Below, in pieces: positions 54,903 to 64,000 of a stretch of 64,000 nt of DNA. The notes below the pieces were generated by a model. That model was not told the origin of the DNA and searched no databases. It worked only from the letters and a program-made list of their open reading frames with translations. Made by a program: the position numbers and the translations under genes. Every line of letters starts with the position of its first letter. Positions within the stretch are counted from its first letter, which is position 1. Source of the DNA: Eledone cirrhosa (taxonomy: Eukaryota); the NCBI GenBank assembly GCA_964016885.1, contig OZ024751.1, positions 15,314,001 to 15,378,000 of the forward strand, in the 5' to 3' direction.

Positions 54903-55450
54903 CTGTGGCAGGTGGTAGAGGTAATATATTAACAGAGTGACCACTGATCATTATATACCTGTGGCAGGTGGTAGAGGTAAAATATCAATAGAGTGACCAC
55001 TGGTCATTATATACCTGTGACAGGAGGTAGAGGTAAATTAACAGAGTGACCACTGGTAATTATATACCTGTGGCAGCTGGTAGAGGTAAAATATTAACAG
55101 AGTGACCACTGGTCATTATATACCTGTGGCAGGTGGTAGAGGTAAAATATTAACAGTGACCACTGGGTGACCACTGGTCATTATATACCTGTGGCAGGTG
55201 GTAGAGGTAAACTATTAACAGAGTGACCACTGGGTGACCACTGTCATTATATACCTGTGGCAGGTGGTAGAGGTAAAATATTAACAGAGTGACCACTGGT
55301 CATTATATACCTGTGGCAGGTGGAAGAGGTAAAATATTAACAGTGACCACTGGTCATTATATACCTGTGGCAGGAGGTAGAGGTAAAATATTAACAGAGT
55401 ATTACTGTATGACCACTGGTCATTATATACCTGTGGCAGGAGGTAGAGGT
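54881..55450 (-). repeat. 53-66-bp tandem array duplicating a UAP1 splice acceptor and exon start
   Basis: Ten CAG|GTATATAAT units with first exonic base at 54902 (real), 54958, 55014, 55067, 55123, 55188, 55254, 55310, 55364, 55430. Confidence 0.92.
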
Positions 55451-56312
55451 GATAGTGGAGATAGTGGTGGTGGTAGAGGTAGTGGAGGTAGACAGTGGTG
55501 TGGAGGTAGAGATAGTGGTGGTGGAGGTAGTGGTGGTAGAGATGGTGGAGATAGTGGTGGTAGAGATAGTGGTGGTGGTGGTAGAGATAGAGGTGGTAGA
55601 GATAGTGGTGGTGGTGGTAGAGGTAGTGGAGGTAGAGATAGTGATGGTGGTGGTAGAGGTAGTGGAGGTAGAGGTGGTGGTGGTAGAGGTAGTGGAGGTA
55701 GAGATAGTGGTAGTGGTGGTAGAGATAGTGGAGGTGGTGGTGGTAGAGTAGAGGAGGTAGAGATAGTGGTGGTGGTAGAGGTAGTGGAGGTAGAGATAGT
55801 GGTGGTGGTGGAGGTAGTGGAGGTAGAGATAGTGGTGGTGGTGGAGGTAGTGGAGGTAGAGATAGTGGTGGTGGTGGAGATAGTGGAGGTAGAGATAGTG
55901 GAGGTGGTGGTAGAGGTAGTGCAGGTAGAGATAGTGGTGGTGGAGGTAGTGGTGGTGGTAGAGATAGCAGTGGTGGTGGTGGTAGAGATAGTGGAGGTAG
56001 AGATAGTGGTGGTGGTGGTGGTAGAGGTGGTGGTGGTAGAGGTAGTGGTGGTAGAGATAGCGGTGGTGGAGGTAGTGGTGGTGGTGGTAGAGATAGTGGA
56101 GGTAGAGATAGTGGTGGTGGAGGTAGTGGTGGTGGTGGTGGTAGAGGTAGTGGTGGTAGAGATAGTGGTGGTGGAGATAGTGGTGGTGGAGATAGTGGTG
56201 GTGGAGATAGTGGTGGTGGAGATAGTGGTGGTGGAGATAGTGGTGGTGGAGATAGTGGTGGTGGTGGTAGAGATAGTGGAGGTAGAGATAGTGGTGGTGG
56301 AGATAGTGGTGG
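55450..56312. repeat. GGT/GGA/TAG low-complexity repeat
   Basis: GTAGAGATAGTGGTGGTG-type triplet mosaic. Confidence 0.9.
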
Positions 56313-56535
56313 GTGTATGTGTGGTCACTGGTCATTATATACCGGAGGCAAAGTGGTAGAGGTAGAGGTGATACTGGTGGTAGTAGTGAACATAACTTAA
56401 AGGTTTCTTAAATAAATTTACAATGGAATCCTTTTAATATAAGTGTGAACATTTTAAAATGGGCATCTTTGTATCATAGAATCAGGGCAATTCAGTAAGT
56501 TTGGTGTCAAAAAGGGTCAACAAAAAGCAAAATCA

Positions 56536-56790
<255 letters not shown>

Positions 56791-57678
56791 TCAGGAATTA
56801 AAAATACAAAAATGAACATTAAAACATTACATTTTTACCACAAAATACATAAAATTCAGTCAAATATTCTGTAAAAGAAACAAGAATATCACCAAAATAC
56901 TGCTTTTAAATAAAATAGTTAATGAAATATGTTCAGTGCTAATATATTCTGTGTGTGATATGTGTGTATATAATTGCCTCCTGTGTTTTGTTTGTTCATT
57001 TTCAACTACATATATATCATTCTCATAATCATCATCATCGTTCAACGTCTATCTTCCATGCTAGCGTGGGTTAGATGGGTTTGTCCCATTTACAGGCAAG
57101 TTAGGTCGGTTGATTGTGCCTCGCTCATATAGGACTGTTTCTGGCTGGTTTTCTATGGCTGGATGTCCTTCCTAATGCCAACCACATTTACAGTGTGAAA
57201 TATATATATACACCTCTCCAAGACAATGTCACTGGACCGAGACCTTTGGCGGTACTCAGTAACAGAGAAGACCCGCCTTACCTAAATACATAGTAAAACC
57301 TACTACAGTCAGTAGGCATCTCTAACAAAATACACCCCGTCCCACCACCCCCACCCCCACCCCATCCACACCGTTCTATGTAAAGTTATGTTGGTGCCGC
57401 GCCATCCAGGCCGAAACAAATGAGATCGTGTAGGTGTCACGACAAAAAAAAAACACACAGTCCACGCTGTAATGTGGCCGTGTAGGCAACACGGTAAAAA
57501 CCTCCCAGACCCACACTGTAAATGTGGTTGGTGTTAGGAAGGGCATCCAACTGTAGAAAACCTGCCAGACAGTCCTATGCGAGCAAGACAATCACTCTTG
57601 CCTCAAGTGGGACTACCCCCGTCCAAACCCATGCAAGCGTGGAACACGGACGTTAAACGTTGATGATGATGATGATGA

Positions 57679-57717
<39 letters not shown>

Positions 57718-58379
57718 AATGTTTTTGTCAAATATAATAGTTTCTAAGATATTCTTGCCAGCAGGTGGTAAAAGACCAAAGGAAAGGACAAAGAAGACCT
57801 GGAGATCCACCCTGAAAGATGAGCTGTGCAGTTGTGGCACAAACTAGTAATGAAATAATTAATAATGTTAGTAGACCCCTTGAATTTCTTCTTTAATTAA
57901 TTAAAAATGTGGCCATGAAAGGGTTAACTGTATCAACTTCAACTTCAGAGAACCCTGTGAAAGCCATGGCTACAGACCGTTCCTCTAAGTAAAAGGGAAC
58001 TATCAGAGGCATTCACAGACTTTATTTCACAAGTTCTCTTAATATTAATTACTACTCTTGTGACAATCACATGTAAAGTGTCTCACTTTTCTACCAATCT
58101 ATCCCAGACCCACTGCCGTACACACACATCATGTGTTAACTCATTGTTTACAGTGAGTAAATAATGTCACTAGTTACCCCCCCCCCCCCCCCCCATCCGT
58201 CTCTCTATATTAACCAAGGTCACAACACATTATTTAAGCATTTTCTATAAAACAACTAAAGTGAGATTGAAATTTCAAATAACAAAGATTAAATTTCTAT
58301 ATCAGGCTTTCTACCCATTTACTGAGGCAGGCTAGGGGGGTTTTCTTTCATGGTAAAATGAGACACACACATACAACAG

Positions 58380-58431
<52 letters not shown>

Positions 58432-58534
58432 AAAGAATACATCATCATCATCATCACCGTTTAACATGTTTTCACGCTGGCATGGGTTCTTATATATACA
58501 TGTGTGTGTGTGGAGAGAGAGAGAGAGATACATA

Positions 58535-58570
<36 letters not shown>

Positions 58571-58994
58571 TTTATGTTTTGTGGTTTATTAATGCATAGT
58601 GAGAGGGTGCTAGAGAGGAAGAACCTACCAGTACAGGACTGGTACTTTTTTTCTTTTTATCAATCTCAAAAGAATGAAAAGTAAAGTTGACGCCCCCTTT
58701 CCCCTGCTTCTGGCAGTATTTGATGTCAGAGAGCTAGAATGAATATACATAAAATTTTATTTGACATTCTAACAACTGTCAAAAAAATAGATTAGACTAA
58801 ATATTGTGAACTGCACCAGACTACACTGCACTAGAGAAGAAACTTTCAAATATTTACTTAGTTGTCTAGAGGAAATACCAGATGATCAGGGAATGCTACA
58901 TGTGATAGACTAGCTCTCTAGCCAGGGGCAGATTTCACTCATCTGCTTTAGATAAACACAACATTGGAGTAAAATACTTGTTTTTTTTTTATGT

Positions 58995-59465
58995 TTAACC
59001 CTTTAGCATTTACATTATTCTATATATACTATTGTATTTTCATGGTAAAGGCTTTATTTCACATAATGTCTCACATAATGTCTCACATAATGTCTCACAT
59101 AATGTCTCACATAACGTCTCACATAACGTCCCACATAACGTCCCACATAACGTCCCACATAACGTCCCACATAACGTCCCACATAACGTCCCACATAACG
59201 TCCCACATAACGTCTCACATAACGTCTCACATAACGTCTCACATAACGTCCCACATAACGTCCCACATAACGTCCCACATAACGTCTCACATAACGTCTC
59301 ACATAATGTCTCACATAATGTCTCAATATCGAATCGATGAGATTTTATTATTTATTTTGAGAACAATACCTAAACATCAGTATGAGGGGTCGGTTAGGGC
59401 TGGTGTGAACAGAAAGAGGTGAGAGAATTCTGGCCAGATATGGCTGGTTTAAATGCTAAAGGTTA
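58995..59465 (-). mobile_element. MITE family A copy with internal 12-bp tandem expansion
   Basis: TIRs intact; about 22 copies of CACATAA(C/T)GTC(T/C) at 59059-59325. Confidence 0.8.
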
Positions 59466-59955
59466 ATACTGTCACAGCTTTAAAGATATATTTATATAAG
59501 GCACACTAAATAAGGACTAAATAACCATTATTTTGACCAAACTAAATATAGACAAGATAAACATACTGGACTGGACTTTCACCTTTATTCTTCATAACTG
59601 ATCGCTTTCTGTGTGTGGTGGGGGTGGGGGTGGGGGTGATGGTGGGGGTGATGGTGGTGGTGGTGGTAGTGGTGGTGGTGGTGGTGGTGACGATGGTGGT
59701 GGGAGTTGTGGAATTGGTGGCGATGGTGGTAGGAGTTGTGGAATTGGTGCCGATGATGGTGGTAGTGGTGACAGTGATGGTTGTTGTGGAGGTGATATCA
59801 GGAGGTGGTGATGGTGGGTGTGATGGGGGTGGGGATCATAGTGGTTGTACATATAAATACACACACACACACAAACAAACAACAAAGACCAGCTGTTATG
59901 TTCTCCAATTTAATATCTGATATATAGGTTGTCCCCAAAATATGTATGTATATAA

Positions 59956-59999
<44 letters not shown>

Positions 60000-60449
60000 A
60001 TACATATATGTATATATATATGTGTATATGTATATGTATATATATGTGTGTATATGTATATATATATGTGTATATGTATATATGTATATATATATATATG
60101 TATATGTATATACATATATATGTATCATTTCATCATCATCATCATTTCATTTTACGTCCACTTTTCCCTGCTTGCAAGGGTGGGACGGGAACTGATTCTG
60201 GCTTGGTTTCTACAGCTGGATGCCCTTCCTAACACCAACCTCATTTACAGTGAGTGGTGGGTGCTTTTTTGCCTCCACGACCACTTTGTAGTGGAATGAT
60301 AGGGACCCCATTTCTACAGCTGAGTAAACTGAAGCAATGTGAAATAAAGTGTCTAGCTCAAGGAAACAACACATCACTCGGTCTGAGAATTGAACTCAAA
60401 ACCTTTCGATTGCAAGGCCAATGCTCTAACCACTAAGCCATGTGCCTCC

Positions 60450-60499
<50 letters not shown>

Positions 60500-60787
60500 A
60501 ACGAAGGAAATGTGGTAAGGAACCAGGTGGACCATAACGCACCAAAGTACTCAATACTTAGGGTAGTAGAGTGGGTAATATATGTATATATATATATATA
60601 TACATATGTTATAATAGGCAATCAAGAAAGATACGGTGGCATCCGAATTTTCAAAATACAAAGTTGAAATGATTGCCTATTATAACAGTGTAGCAATAAT
60701 GGACTGAAATTCCGATGAAACAATTGTTAATACGTGGATTAAATTCTTTTGTAACTGTTTACCTTCGTCCTATTTCTCTTCTTTGAC

Positions 60788-64000
<3,213 letters not shown>

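Noticed and set aside
55289-56359. Gly/Arg-rich, mucin-like and His-rich ORFs
   Set aside because: Low-complexity triplet repeat open in several frames on both strands.
59583-59608. Possible 26-nt UAP1 micro-exon (cag|...AAAG|gtgaaa, phase-compatible)
   Set aside because: The compatible frame (KRSVMKNKG) shows no recognisable UAP1 similarity and the other frames contain stops; the N-terminal exon is probably beyond the window.

Overview
AT-rich, microsatellite- and SINE-laden animal genomic DNA. The repeat families and an HTGEKPYHCDICGKSF zinc-finger fragment suggest a coleoid cephalopod, probably Octopus (inference). Two convergent intron-rich genes can be spliced by hand with consistent phases and GT-AG boundaries. 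One is a Pur-alpha/beta family gene on + (6 coding exons, 2437-25702; first exon outside the window). The other is UAP1, UDP-N-acetylhexosamine pyrophosphorylase, on - (8 coding exons, 56768-40932; N-terminal exon not found). Introns hold a young Tx1/L1-type LINE with a 13-bp TSD, CR1 and RTE LINE 3' ends, tRNA-derived SINEs, piggyBac-, mariner- and hAT-type MITEs, and many minisatellites. Two observations stand out. (1) A (TA)n-inserted, non-coding, probably Penelope-derived element carries a complete type I hammerhead ribozyme fold. It forms a ~1.1-kb near-perfect palindrome in a UAP1 intron and recurs with the same two termini in a Pur intron. (2) A tandem array of nine duplicated splice acceptors (CAG|GTATAT) sits directly upstream of a UAP1 exon. 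Most long ORFs in the supplied track are microsatellite artefacts.
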